Positions 33,864 through 33,864 of a stretch of DNA of 33,864 nucleotides are shown here, one piece after another. Positions within the stretch are counted from its first letter, which is position 1. Every line of letters starts with the position of its first letter. The stretch is from a virus (taxonomy: Duplodnaviria; Caudoviricetes). The translations under genes and the position numbers were made by a program. The notes beneath the pieces are model-generated. The model ran no database searches, was not told the DNA's origin, and saw nothing but the letters and a program-made list of their open reading frames with translations. The DNA is taken from positions 1 through 33,864 of the IMG/VR virus record IMGVR_UViG_3300018050_000260, one strand, 5' to 3'.

Positions 33864-33864
33864 T
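33765..33864. repeat. 100-bp direct terminal repeat, right copy
   Basis: Identical to 1-100. Confidence 0.97.

Noticed and set aside
1-33864. CRISPR array, tRNA, rRNA or IS element
   Set aside because: No spaced repeat array, cloverleaf or transposase was recognised, and the intergenic spaces are short and otherwise accounted for.

Overview
The window is a complete, circularly assembled genome of a short-tailed (podovirus-type) dsDNA phage. Bases 1-100 equal 33765-33864, giving a unit length of 33,764 bp. The virion module is T7/BPP-1-like: TerS, TerL, portal, Bbp19-like protein, scaffold, major capsid, tail tubular A and B, ejection proteins, a gp17-type fibre and a lectin-like receptor-binding protein. 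I see no RNA polymerase, DNA polymerase, primase or helicase. Instead there is a lambdoid-style early region. A leftward operon carries a serine recombinase, a YqaJ exonuclease and RecT. A rightward operon carries an RHH regulator, RuvC, an HTH replication initiator with an internal iteron/DnaA-box origin, and an SSB-like protein. The lysis cassette has an M15 endolysin, nested Rz/Rz1 spanins and several small membrane proteins, one with a canonical EF-hand. The host is probably Gram-negative (spanins) and possibly a betaproteobacterium (inference). Most notable: (1) a 742-aa gene in the ejection-protein cluster carries an HhH-GPD/Ogg2-like DNA glycosylase-lyase domain with catalytic Lys/Asp in register, and its N-terminal leader resembles that of the next ejection protein, suggesting a virion-delivered base-excision enzyme; (2) an EndoVII/HNH gene seems to have captured the tail gene's original C-terminus and left a recoded copy; (3) the capsid gene has a long structured 5' leader with a duplicated internal-loop motif and a possible switch; (4) an EF-hand holin-like protein. 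All family calls come from motif recognition by eye, not database searches.
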